DNA of 64,000 bases from Nanobdellota archaeon (lineage in GTDB: Archaea; Nanobdellota; Nanobdellia; UBA10117; ARS21), in NCBI GenBank assembly GCA_014239585.1, contig JAAZYP010000001.1, positions 7,752 to 71,751 on the forward strand, read 5' to 3'. Positions 19,882 to 29,363 of the stretch are shown here, in pieces. Position 1 is the first letter of the stretch. The number at the start of each line of letters is the position of its first letter. Under the pieces are notes generated by a model. It searched no databases, was not told the origin of the DNA, and was given only the letters and a program-made list of their open reading frames with translations. The translations under genes were made by a program, and so were the position numbers.

Positions 19882-20522
19882 TATATTTGCACCGCCTTAG
19901 ACATTGTAGATTTAATATAGATTTTACCGATATTATTTTTACCATTTGGTAAAACATTTTCTACTGAATTCATAACTGTCACAATATTTTTAACTAATTC
20001 AGCATCAGTTTGAGTTTCAATCCCAACTGGAACTTGAAACATAGGAATTTTATTTGCAACTAATCTAATTGTATTTCTTAATCTACCAATAAGAGGTGCA
20101 ATATTTGATCGCGGAGGAATAACACAACCCGCTTTTGGACTAGGCATACGATTAATTGGACCAAAATATCTACCAAAAATTTGAGCAACTTTAGGCATCA
20201 TGTCTGCTTGAGCTACAAAATAATCAAATTCTCTAGCAAGTTTTTTGATATCACGTTTTTCTTTAAATTTATCAAAATTACTAGATAAAATAACTCGATC
20301 TGCACTTTTAGCACCATCTTCAGATTCATTACCCACTAAAGCACAAATCTTCATATCTTTTCCAAGACCCGAAGGTAAATTGACATATTGTTCTAATTTA
20401 GGAGCCTTAGTCATATCTATATCTTTGAAAGCTACGATTAAATCAATAGTTTGAGAAAATTTTCTTTTCTTAATAATGGTTCTTAATTCAGTGATTGCTT
20501 TTGTTATAGATTTTTCATCCAT
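19881..20522 (-). CDS. rpl1: Ribosomal protein L1
   Basis: 213 aa with the L1 fold signature (QTIDLIVAFKDID...; GK.NIGKIYIK). Confidence 0.9.
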   Translation of the reverse strand: MDEKSITKAITELRTIIKKRKFSQTIDLIVAFKDIDMTKAPKLEQYVNLPSGLGKDMKICALVGNESEDGAKSADRVILSSNFDKFKEKRDIKKLAREFDYFVAQADMMPKVAQIFGRYFGPINRMPSPKAGCVIPPRSNIAPLIGRLRNTIRLVANKIPMFQVPVGIETQTDAELVKNIVTVMNSVENVLPNGKNNIGKIYIKSTMSKAVQI

Positions 20523-20581
20523 TCGCTTGCGCTCCTGACTGAGTCAGTATTATTGCTTAGAATATAGGTTTATAAGAGTTA

Positions 20582-22690
20582 CTATATGTTCAGAGAATAA
20601 GATAGAGAATCAACAACTTTAGTTCCGTGACTTGTTTTTACACTATAAAATGGGATATAAGATTCTCGTTTAGCAATTAATTCATAACCGTTATTTTTCA
20701 AATATGTTGCGATTTTATTAACTGAAATCTTAGCTGGACGAGTTTCACCGACTAAATTAATATATTTTGGACGCATCAAAAAATTATATCGTTCTAGATT
20801 TAATCCTGAATTACCTAATCGAGTAATAATTTTATTTTCTACGCGAATTATATGATTACGAACCAATTGATTCAAAACTGAATTAACTTCACTAAAACCT
20901 AATCCGGATTTTACAAAAACTTCAGATACTGGCGTTCTATCACGTAATAGATCTACAATCTTTTTCTGGTTACCTGAAAATGCGAGCGTCGAACCCAAAT
21001 TAATTCGTTTTAATGTTTTATCTAAATTTAAAATTCCAAACTTTTCCAAATCAAAAACTAAATGTAAATTTTTGTTATCCTTTTTACAAATCGTACTTAA
21101 TACCGGTTTTAAAACATAAGACAAATCTTCAATTTTATTTGGTTCTAATGCTTCAATTTCGTTACGTTTTAATCTAGGTTCAAAAATACTTAATTGTTGA
21201 GTCGAAGGTTTAGTAATTATTTGCGAAGGAGCAGAAGGATGATTAGATTCGGGTTGAGTTGAATAATTAGGTGTGGATGATACGACCGCCTTTCTGGCTT
21301 TAGTTAAGGTAAATGATTTTGCAGCACCGCCGTGTTGAGATTTTCTAACTCTAATATCTACAAAAATTGGAAAATCTGTTGCACCAATAACCATCGCTTT
21401 TCCAATAGGCAGATTTTTAATTTCACTTTCAGCTTCAGAAGTAATCCCTTCAAAACTTTTCGAAATTGCACTTAAATCGCTCGGATTTGTAACCTGTAAG
21501 GCAATTTGACTGCTACATTGAGATAGAACAGATTTATCTACTCGTGCAGGACGTTGCGAGATGATGCATAATCCGACTCCAAATTTTCTGCCTTCAGATG
21601 CAACGGTTCGCATAATCTTCGAAGATTTAGTTTCACCAAATCCTCTTTCAGGACAATAATTGTGCGCTTCATCAACAACAATAAAGCAAGGAGGTATATT
21701 TTCTCTTTTCCGTTCTTCAAATATTCTTGAAAGAAGGCTTCCTGCAACAATACCTTGCATTTCGGGAGCAGCACCTTTGAAATTAATTATGGATAATTGT
21801 CCGGGTTTAACAATATCATCTATTGATGTTGCACCATGACTGAATAATCCGCTCTGTTCTAATTGTTGAATACCTCCAATTAATCTCCATTTGGCAGTTG
21901 ATTCGGAAATTTCTAACTCTTTGATTAACTCATCAAATTCAAAAATACCTTTGCGTTCATTTAAATCATTGACAATATTATATAATAATCCTCGTTGTGC
22001 ATCTGTTGGTTTGAAAGGCAATGTTTCAATAAGAGAAAAAGGATCTTTTGGAATCGGTAATCTAATTTGATGAGCATCAATATTTATTGAGGTATTTACT
22101 GCAAATTCCATAACTTTGTTACCAAATCCTTTTCCTTCAATACCAAATGTATCAAAATATTTTGTCTCTTCTTCAGTCTTATTTTCATATTTAATTGAAC
22201 TATATTCGCCATGCGGATCAATAATTACTATTGGAAGACCCATTTCCATTAACTCCTCCAAAATAACTCCCACAGCATATGATTTTCCTGCTCCCGACTT
22301 AGCTAAAATTGCCAAATGTTTAGTTATTAATTTTTTTGGATCCAAATATGCCTTAATGTCTTTACCCTGAAGTTTTCCAAGATAAATGCCATTCATTCTA
22401 AGATCCAAAATTGATTTAATTAAATTATCTTCTGCAACAAAAACTTCAGATCCGGGTTCAAAAGGCGTTCGAGGTTGCCGTAAGAAATTTCTTTCAGTAC
22501 GATAACCAATGATTAATCCTTCGGCTAAAATTTGCTCATTATTTCGTTCAATCTCAATAACTTGTGTCAGAACCGGACCAAGTTCATGATGATTCACCGT
22601 CACATAATCCCATTTGTTGATTTTAGATTCAACAATAAATTTAAATTGAGTTGTAGATGTTTTCCCAAAGATTTTTCCGATAGCAGACAT
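20582..22690 (-). CDS. HerA/FtsK-superfamily ATPase (HerA-like) with a C-terminal extension of about 240 aa
   Basis: N-terminal HAS-barrel-like segment, Walker A AKSGAGKSY, Walker B FIVVDEAHNY. The C-terminal 240 aa have no ATPase motifs. Confidence 0.7.
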   Translation of the reverse strand: MSAIGKIFGKTSTTQFKFIVESKINKWDYVTVNHHELGPVLTQVIEIERNNEQILAEGLIIGYRTERNFLRQPRTPFEPGSEVFVAEDNLIKSILDLRMNGIYLGKLQGKDIKAYLDPKKLITKHLAILAKSGAGKSYAVGVILEELMEMGLPIVIIDPHGEYSSIKYENKTEEETKYFDTFGIEGKGFGNKVMEFAVNTSINIDAHQIRLPIPKDPFSLIETLPFKPTDAQRGLLYNIVNDLNERKGIFEFDELIKELEISESTAKWRLIGGIQQLEQSGLFSHGATSIDDIVKPGQLSIINFKGAAPEMQGIVAGSLLSRIFEERKRENIPPCFIVVDEAHNYCPERGFGETKSSKIMRTVASEGRKFGVGLCIISQRPARVDKSVLSQCSSQIALQVTNPSDLSAISKSFEGITSEAESEIKNLPIGKAMVIGATDFPIFVDIRVRKSQHGGAAKSFTLTKARKAVVSSTPNYSTQPESNHPSAPSQIITKPSTQQLSIFEPRLKRNEIEALEPNKIEDLSYVLKPVLSTICKKDNKNLHLVFDLEKFGILNLDKTLKRINLGSTLAFSGNQKKIVDLLRDRTPVSEVFVKSGLGFSEVNSVLNQLVRNHIIRVENKIITRLGNSGLNLERYNFLMRPKYINLVGETRPAKISVNKIATYLKNNGYELIAKRESYIPFYSVKTSHGTKVVDSLSYSLNI

Positions 22691-22747
22691 ACCTAAAATT
22701 TTACTTGGGATTATATAAAAAAATATAGGATGAAGACTAGATTGGAT

Positions 22748-23728
22748 TCAGTTTATCCAAGTTATATTCACTTGATCAGTTCGCCATTTACCGTCAATTT
22801 CAGTTTCAATCAGTTCCTGTCGTTTCCCTGAAGTAAATTCTACAATCCCCTGCCATGCAATCATTGCACCATTATCGCCAGATAGTGAACGAGGACAAAC
22901 TTCAAATTTAACACCCCGATCATCACACATTTGTTTCAACATTGCAGTCAATCGCCTATTTGCGCCAACTCCGCCCGTCAATAAAACTTCATTTTTACCA
23001 ATATGTGCCAATGCACGTTCGGTCGATTCAGTTAACATTGCAAATACAGTTTCTTGGACAGAATAACATAAATTTTCATTAGATTCTTTGTTGATCAATT
23101 GTCTAACTTTGTTTTGAAGACCCGAAAAAGAAAAATCCATACCCTTTACAGTATAAGGTAATTCAATATATTTATTCCCTGTTGAAGCCAGTTTCTCAAT
23201 TTTTGGACCGCCAGGAAATCCCAATCCCATATATCTTCCGATATTATCTAAAAAATTTCCAATACCAATATCTAAAGTTTCGCCAAAAACTCGATATTTT
23301 TCACCAGCATAAGCAATGATTTGCGTATTCGCACCGGAAGCATATACTGTGACAGGATCAGTTAAACCAGTTTTCTGTTTTCCAATTTCAATATGTGCAA
23401 CACAATGGTTTATGCCAATAAGCGGAATATTTAACATTCCAGCTAAAGATCTTGCAGCTACAGCGCCAACTCTCAAACATTGTCCCAATCCCGGACCTTG
23501 TGAAAATGAAATTAAATCAATATTTTCTAACTTAAGTTTTGCATCTTTCAACGCAGATTTGATTAGCATATCATAATATAGAATATGTGCTTGTGCAGCT
23601 TTAATTGGGTGTATTCCACCCGTTTCAGTCTCTAAAGTATGTCGTGCATTAGCTAAAACGTTACCTTCACTATCAACGATACCAATTCCAAAAGTATGGG
23701 CAGTCGATTCAATACCTAAGCAGATCAT
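22748..23728 (-). CDS. kae1: tRNA N6-adenosine threonylcarbamoyltransferase Kae1 (not fused to Bud32)
   Basis: MICLGIESTAHTFGIGIV start, metal-binding HCVAHIE, and the GGVGAN motif. Confidence 0.9.
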   Translation of the reverse strand: MICLGIESTAHTFGIGIVDSEGNVLANARHTLETETGGIHPIKAAQAHILYYDMLIKSALKDAKLKLENIDLISFSQGPGLGQCLRVGAVAARSLAGMLNIPLIGINHCVAHIEIGKQKTGLTDPVTVYASGANTQIIAYAGEKYRVFGETLDIGIGNFLDNIGRYMGLGFPGGPKIEKLASTGNKYIELPYTVKGMDFSFSGLQNKVRQLINKESNENLCYSVQETVFAMLTESTERALAHIGKNEVLLTGGVGANRRLTAMLKQMCDDRGVKFEVCPRSLSGDNGAMIAWQGIVEFTSGKRQELIETEIDGKWRTDQVNITWIN

Positions 23729-23841
23729 AAGTTAATCCAGATATTATAATTTAAAAGACCTATTATTGGTTAATTGGAGCGCAGTAATACGTTTTTACAC
23801 CGAAAGCCTTTTAAATACATCAACTAACCTAAAATGTTACA

Positions 23842-24882
23842 ATGAATAATAGATTAACAAAAAATTTCAATCTAGAAGATGAGTCTCCTAGACAAAAGAT
23901 TAATATAACTTATCAACCAGCTGAAAAAGTTATGAATTTAAATTTAAATGGATTGGAAGATGATCAGTTAAGTACAGTTCGTGTTGCAGATACAGATCCA
24001 ATATCGATTTGGCCGAGTGATGAAGTTAAATTAATTTCACAAAATACTAAAATCGAATTATATAGTACGAACAATTTAGCAAGATTAATTACTGAATTAG
24101 ATTCAGATTATAAAACTCTCTCAACCACAAATCGAGAATTTGATTCATTAGAACTCTTACGCAATAATTTGGAATTAAATCGTAAAAATATGTACAACCG
24201 CGTTATTAAACAATTCAAAAAAACACCTGAATTAAGAGAAATAATTCAAGAATTAGGGGCAGTTACGCCCATAATTAAATTAAATCCGAAAGATTGGGCA
24301 GAATCATTATTGGCTTATCGATGGAAACCAGGAAATGAAGATTTCTTAATTAGAAAATCACGAGTTACTGAATCACCGAGACAACTCAAACGAAACCTGG
24401 AAGCAAATTTGGGAATTCATATTCTAAGAAGTGATGAATTTGAACAATATGTTGGATTAGCAATACAAATGTATTCAGGAGAAGGTTATCCTGCAACAGA
24501 TAGATCAAAAAGTTTAATGGGAAGAATAAAACACACATTAAATCCCGATTCACAATTTTTAAATTCATTAGATGAGATAATTGATACAGTAAATAACGGT
24601 AGATTGGATGACAGAATATATTCGTGGAAACGACCAGAAACTACAATTGATAAGTTAGGAAACATTGAAACCGAATATAATAACGCGTTAACTTTATCGC
24701 GATATAATCGTCCAAATACAAAAGTTGAAGAAAAAATAAAATCTTTGGCAAAAAAATATCTCGGAACAAATAAATTAACTAAAGAAAGTTTGGCTAAAGC
24801 ATACAATCTTGCTCGAAAAGAAATTACAAGTAATCAAGTAAAACGAATTTCGCGTAGAGTAAAAATTAAGCGAAGAGTATAA
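23842..24882 (+). CDS. Hypothetical protein with a basic C-terminal tail
   Basis: 346-aa ORF about 25 nt after a TATA-like CTTTTAAATA. No recognisable family. Confidence 0.5.
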   Translation: MNNRLTKNFNLEDESPRQKINITYQPAEKVMNLNLNGLEDDQLSTVRVADTDPISIWPSDEVKLISQNTKIELYSTNNLARLITELDSDYKTLSTTNREFDSLELLRNNLELNRKNMYNRVIKQFKKTPELREIIQELGAVTPIIKLNPKDWAESLLAYRWKPGNEDFLIRKSRVTESPRQLKRNLEANLGIHILRSDEFEQYVGLAIQMYSGEGYPATDRSKSLMGRIKHTLNPDSQFLNSLDEIIDTVNNGRLDDRIYSWKRPETTIDKLGNIETEYNNALTLSRYNRPNTKVEEKIKSLAKKYLGTNKLTKESLAKAYNLARKEITSNQVKRISRRVKIKRRV

Positions 24883-24920
24883 TCAACTATTTTTTTAAGT
24901 GTTGACTAGTTCAACTAATT

Positions 24921-25616
24921 ATGAATGTTCCAAACCATATCGGCATTATTCTTGACGGTAATCGAAGACTTGCAAAAAAATTGATGGTTAAACCTTGGAA
25001 AGGTCATGAATGGGGTGCAAAAAAAGTAGAAAAACTACTAGCGTGGGCATCAAATATAGGTGTTAAAGAATTAACATTATATTCACTTTCAATTGAAAAT
25101 TTTAACAGACCGAAATTAGAATTTGAGTATTTAATGAATTTATTCAAAAAGGAATTTAAACGAATTTCAGATGACCCAAGATTATTCAAAGATGATATCC
25201 GAGTTAATTTTATCGGAAGAACTTGGATGTTTGATGATGAACTTCAAAAAATTTTAACAGAATTATCTGAAAAAACTAAAAATAATTCAAAATTAATCGT
25301 AAATTTTGCAATGGCATATGGTGGACGACAAGAAGTTATTGATGCTACTCAAAGAATAGCTAAACAAGTTAAAGAAGGGAAATTAGAAATTAATAAAATT
25401 AATGAAGCTATATTTTCTGAAAATTTAGATCAAGCTTCTGAACCTGAATTAATAATTAGAACAGGTGGTGAAAAAAGAACTAGCAATTTTTTAAATTTCC
25501 AGTCAGCATACAGTGAATGGATTTTTTTAGATAAATATTGGCCCGAATTTGAAAAAGAAGATTTAATTTTAGCAATAAATGAATTTTCAAATCGTAAAAT
25601 TCGACGCGGTCTTTAA
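24921..25616 (+). CDS. uppS: cis-Prenyltransferase (undecaprenyl diphosphate synthase family)
   Basis: Motifs HIGIILDGNRRLAKK and RTGGEKRTSNFL. Confidence 0.9.
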   Translation: MNVPNHIGIILDGNRRLAKKLMVKPWKGHEWGAKKVEKLLAWASNIGVKELTLYSLSIENFNRPKLEFEYLMNLFKKEFKRISDDPRLFKDDIRVNFIGRTWMFDDELQKILTELSEKTKNNSKLIVNFAMAYGGRQEVIDATQRIAKQVKEGKLEINKINEAIFSENLDQASEPELIIRTGGEKRTSNFLNFQSAYSEWIFLDKYWPEFEKEDLILAINEFSNRKIRRGL

Positions 25617-26530
25617 ATAATAATTAAGGGAAGTAAAACTGTAACATCACCTTCAACAGTAACGTGAGTTGCATCCTTTTTTACTTTACCCCAAGAAATT
25701 GCTTCTCGTGTTTGTGCACCACTCAATGAACCATCATATTCTACTGCAGTACTTATTTGAATAGCGTAGTCAAGCCCTTCTCGAAATTGATTGAACCAAA
25801 TTACGTGATGTTTAGAAATTCCTCCGCCAAGCATTACTGCACCCGCAGTCTTGGCATCCGTTACACGAATAAAGAAATCTTGATCATCTTCGAATAAATT
25901 TAGATTAAAATCTCGATGCATTTGCCAAAAATTCCATAATTGTGCACCCCATGCGCCATCAAGTGGTCCAGGTAAATAGATTGGAATTTTATTTTTCCAA
26001 GCCCAATAAATGATCGTATCTTTAGCATGTGGTTCGTCTTTAATTGCTTCACCAAATGCCCAAATTAATTCGTGAACATTCCAAACCTTCTTTTGAGTAT
26101 ATAATTTTTTTATTATAGGTTGCAATTTTTCTTCAAGAACTTCACCATAACATTCGTTCGGAACAAGAATATTTCCTAAACGATTAATTCCCTTTTGGTG
26201 TAGTTCCGAATCATCCATATTGAATGCACCTTGATAATAATCTTTCCAAAGTCGAGCTAAATCATGATCTAAAGTACCACACGTAGTCATAATCGCATCA
26301 ACTTGTTTAGTTTTAATTAAATTTTTAATTACACCTCTAAGTCCGGTGGAAACAATACATGCTGGATGACTTAAAATTTTAAAACAATCTTTATCAGATT
26401 GCATTTTTTGATAAATTTTGCTAGCTTGAAAAACCTTTTTAGCAGAAAAACCACCTGCGTCTCCAAAATGTTTGACTAACTCTTTGATAGTTGTCTTGTC
26501 AGTGATAGTATAATCTTTAACTGATTTCAT
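25613..26530 (-). CDS. dys: Deoxyhypusine synthase
   Basis: 305 aa with the DHS motifs TCGTLDHD and LGGGISKHH. Confidence 0.9.
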   Translation of the reverse strand: MKSVKDYTITDKTTIKELVKHFGDAGGFSAKKVFQASKIYQKMQSDKDCFKILSHPACIVSTGLRGVIKNLIKTKQVDAIMTTCGTLDHDLARLWKDYYQGAFNMDDSELHQKGINRLGNILVPNECYGEVLEEKLQPIIKKLYTQKKVWNVHELIWAFGEAIKDEPHAKDTIIYWAWKNKIPIYLPGPLDGAWGAQLWNFWQMHRDFNLNLFEDDQDFFIRVTDAKTAGAVMLGGGISKHHVIWFNQFREGLDYAIQISTAVEYDGSLSGAQTREAISWGKVKKDATHVTVEGDVTVLLPLIII

Positions 26531-26563
26531 AATCTTGCCTTGGAAAGGACTTTAAAAAAGTGT

Positions 26564-26737
26564 TTATTTGTCGTTCTTTTCAGTATGTCCAGTTGTACCG
26601 CAATGTTTTCGATCAGAATGAACCGCCATAAATAAACCATTATCTTTTGGTGATCGAGGATTCTTTCGAATTAATTTTCCGTCTTTAACTTCATAAAGTT
26701 TGTATCTTTGATATGCTGGTTTTTTATCATCCGCCAT
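26564..26737 (-). CDS. rps27ae: Ribosomal protein S27ae (eS31) homolog lacking three of the four zinc-ribbon cysteines
   Basis: Not in the ORF track (57 aa). Own translation: MADDKKPAYQRYKLYEVKDGKLIRKNPRSPKDNGLFMAVHSDRKHCGTTGHTEKNDK. This aligns to the ..CPRCGPGVFMA.H.DR..CGKCGYT pattern. The start is TAATG-coupled to the S24e stop, in the conserved S24e-S27ae order. Confidence 0.8.
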   Translation of the reverse strand: MADDKKPAYQRYKLYEVKDGKLIRKNPRSPKDNGLFMAVHSDRKHCGTTGHTEKNDK

Positions 26738-27147
26738 TATTCGGAAACCCCTTCGGTAGAGTTTTCTTCAATTTTTTCAGATTCAGAAGTTTTAACTTCA
26801 ATAGGTTTCTCTGTTGTTTGTTCTTCAGCTTCTTTGGTAGCGTTAGCTGCTGCTGCTTCAGCTTTGAAAACATTATTTCTCCGATTAATTGTGTTTTTTG
26901 TTTCAACTTGCGATATAATTTTATCATTATCATAAACATATAACATTCCTTTTGCAGATTGTGCTCCGAAAGAAGTATTGAATTGTTTAAGAATCATATT
27001 TGTTTTTGGAGATTTAAATTTTGCAGAAAAATAAGTATAAATTGTACTTTTAGTCGGTGTACTTTCAGAGTTATGTTTTGCATTAAAACTAACTTCCTTT
27101 CTATGAAATAATTTATTATCGTTTTCGTTTAAAATTTTTATCTTCAT
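26737..27147 (-). CDS. rps24e: Ribosomal protein S24e with an acidic C-terminal extension
   Basis: MKIKILNENDNKLFHRKEVSF... is a typical S24e start, in the conserved position after spt4. Confidence 0.85.
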   Translation of the reverse strand: MKIKILNENDNKLFHRKEVSFNAKHNSESTPTKSTIYTYFSAKFKSPKTNMILKQFNTSFGAQSAKGMLYVYDNDKIISQVETKNTINRRNNVFKAEAAAANATKEAEEQTTEKPIEVKTSESEKIEENSTEGVSE

Positions 27148-27290
27148 CTTAATCCGTATTCTCCTGATTGGTTCACTTTAACCTTTTTAGCTATTTCGGA
27201 TTTTTCAGGATTTATAATTATTAATCGACCTTTCCAATTATCTGATTTTTTCATTCCTTTAGCGATGATAGGTAGCTCTCGTTTCGCCAT
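27144..27290 (-). CDS. spt4: Spt4 / RpoE''-like protein without the zinc ribbon (48 aa from ATG 27290)
   Basis: SDNWKGRLIIINPEKSEIAKKVKV..GEYGLR matches the Spt4 C-terminal half. The protein has no cysteine. The start is TAATG-coupled to the rpoE' stop. Confidence 0.7.
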   Translation of the reverse strand: MAKRELPIIAKGMKKSDNWKGRLIIINPEKSEIAKKVKVNQSGEYGLR

Positions 27291-27838
27291 TATGTAGATT
27301 CTCCATTTCTTATTTCGTCGATCCACTCTAATTTACCTAAATAAGGTTGTCGCATAGTCATTCCAATTTTAGGATCTTTAATATTTTTTATGCTAATTGC
27401 AATTATTCTTGATCGTACTTTATCTCCAACTTTCAATACTTTATTTGAATCTTTTCCAAGTAAAGTTCCATCCTTTGAAAATGAAACGAAATCATCCATT
27501 GTTTGTGAAATGTGAATCATTCCTTCAAATGCCCCAAAATCAATAAATGCTCCAAATTTAGCAATATCCTTAACTTCACCTTCAATCAACTCATTAATTT
27601 CAGGTAAATAATGTACTGCTTCGAAAGTTACATTGTAAAATGCAGCACCATCACCCGCAACAATCATACCTTCTCCAACTTTATCTACAGAATTAATTAC
27701 TAGAACTCTCCCTAATTCATCAATAATTCTATTTTCGTAAGTTTCACGTAATTCGCCTAGAATTACAGCCTTAAGATTTTCAGCGAATCGTTTTGGTTCG
27801 ACTCTAACTACACCCTCGACTTTTGATTTGTAATACAT
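27290..27838 (-). CDS. rpoE: RNA polymerase subunit E' (Rpo7)
   Basis: 182 aa: N-terminal Rpo7 domain plus a C-terminal S1 domain (GEVKDIAKFGAFIDFG.FEGMIHISQ). Confidence 0.9.
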   Translation of the reverse strand: MYYKSKVEGVVRVEPKRFAENLKAVILGELRETYENRIIDELGRVLVINSVDKVGEGMIVAGDGAAFYNVTFEAVHYLPEINELIEGEVKDIAKFGAFIDFGAFEGMIHISQTMDDFVSFSKDGTLLGKDSNKVLKVGDKVRSRIIAISIKNIKDPKIGMTMRQPYLGKLEWIDEIRNGEST

Positions 27839-27872
27839 CTTACTTTCCTTGATATTAGTACCTTTTTAAACC

Positions 27873-28250
27873 TTATGATGTAATTATCTTTTTATTACGA
27901 CTTAATGACAATACCGTAATCTTATTCGCAGTAAGTCTTTTTTTAAGTTCAGAATCATTAGTAATTACTAAATTTTTATTAGTTTTAGAATATGAAATTA
28001 TTGAATTATCGGTATGTCCGTCACCAATTTCAATTTTTATTACGTCAGAATAATTAATAATTTGAATTGCCAATTTTGCAGATTTTTTGTCTGAACCTTT
28101 AGCCGAACCTTTAGCTAATTGCTCTAATTCAGTAATAACTTTTATTGGAATTAATATTTTTGATGCTCCAAATTTTTTTAATTCATTAAATAAATCAAAT
28201 CCATTTTTTGCAGCGTAAATCAATACATTTGTATCTACTAATATTTGCAT
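27873..28250 (-). CDS. PIN-domain protein (Fcf1/Utp24-like, archaeal COG1412 type)
   Basis: ILVDTNVLIYA start and a ..VITNDSELKKRL end, in the conserved position upstream of rpoE'. Confidence 0.8.
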   Translation of the reverse strand: MQILVDTNVLIYAAKNGFDLFNELKKFGASKILIPIKVITELEQLAKGSAKGSDKKSAKLAIQIINYSDVIKIEIGDGHTDNSIISYSKTNKNLVITNDSELKKRLTANKITVLSLSRNKKIITS

Positions 28251-28298
28251 GAATTTTATCTTCGATTAGGTTATTAAAGCATATTGCTATAACGAAAC

Positions 28299-28790
28299 AT
28301 GCTTAATTCAAAAATTGCGCAAAAATTATATGATAAAACTGCAAATATTTACAACAATCGTTATCGTTCTGTTCAATTCGAAAAATATCGTATCGCATTA
28401 GATGATATTCAGCTTTCAGGTAAAATCCTGGATTTGGGAGCGGGAACGGGTCTCCTATCCAATTTTTTAAATAAAAAATTAGTTTCAATAGATATATCAA
28501 AAAAAATGTTATTAAAATCCAATTCAAAAAATATTTTGGGTGATATAGCTAAACTTCCTTTTAAAGATAATTCATTTGATACAGTTTTATCATTCTCGGC
28601 ATTAATGAATTCAAGTAGCCCCCAAAAAACAATTAGTGAAGTTCATCGGATATTAAAACCAAAAGGTATATTTGTTGTAACTTATTTGAAAAGTTTTGAT
28701 TTTACTAAAGATTTACAACATAAATTTAGAATCCATAAAAGTATAGATTGTAATGAAGATATTTGTTTTGTATTATACTCGAACAAATAA
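28299..28790 (+). CDS. Class I SAM-dependent methyltransferase
   Basis: Motif I ILDLGAGTG and post-I/II acidic residues. 163 aa. Confidence 0.75.
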   Translation: MLNSKIAQKLYDKTANIYNNRYRSVQFEKYRIALDDIQLSGKILDLGAGTGLLSNFLNKKLVSIDISKKMLLKSNSKNILGDIAKLPFKDNSFDTVLSFSALMNSSSPQKTISEVHRILKPKGIFVVTYLKSFDFTKDLQHKFRIHKSIDCNEDICFVLYSNK

Positions 28791-29345
28791 TTTGAATCTA
28801 TCTTTATCTTCTAATTCATCAAGAATTCTTTCAATAACTGCTTTTTTGGGATTGGGAACAGAACTAATTCGCGCTTTAATATTATCAAAATCAGTAAAAG
28901 GTTCTATCTCTCTTTCAGTTAAAATTTCCATGGCATGTTTTTTACCAATTCCTGGCAAGATTTCCAGTTGATGAGATCGTAATGAGATCGGACCAGAATT
29001 GTTAAAGAACTTAATATATCTTTCTTGATTTGATTCAACCAATTTTTCAATAATAAATCTCAGTTCATTTTTTGCAGTTTGCGTTAAAGTCTCAACCTTT
29101 AAACTACCTTTTATGTAGGCAATTTGATCTCGTTCTCCGTCCCCAATATATACTTCATCATTTGGTTTGAAAGATAAATCAGGTTTTGGAATTAATTCTA
29201 ATAGAACAAAATGATCTTTACCAATAACTTGTAAAATTGGTTCCTTCATATGGAACGGTCTGGAATCGTTAGAGTATCCGTGCTTTAGATAGTCCAAAAC
29301 TATCGCATATTCTTCCTTTGCACGTTGTTTTCTTTCCTTTTCCAT
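28773..29345 (-). CDS. DUF655 / COG1491-type nucleic-acid-binding protein
   Basis: EEYAIVLDYL...G start, OB-like N-terminus, and a helix-hairpin-helix-like LPGIGKKHA. Conserved neighbour of rpoF and rpl21e. Confidence 0.7.
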   Translation of the reverse strand: MEKERKQRAKEEYAIVLDYLKHGYSNDSRPFHMKEPILQVIGKDHFVLLELIPKPDLSFKPNDEVYIGDGERDQIAYIKGSLKVETLTQTAKNELRFIIEKLVESNQERYIKFFNNSGPISLRSHQLEILPGIGKKHAMEILTEREIEPFTDFDNIKARISSVPNPKKAVIERILDELEDKDRFKLFVRV

Positions 29346-29363
29346 TATATTTTGTCACGATTT

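Noticed and set aside
26708-26943. Three overlapping 70-76-aa ORFs around the 3' part of rps24e.
   Set aside because: They are alternative or antisense frames of the low-complexity acidic tail region of S24e. The real small gene here is rps27ae on the minus strand (26564-26737).
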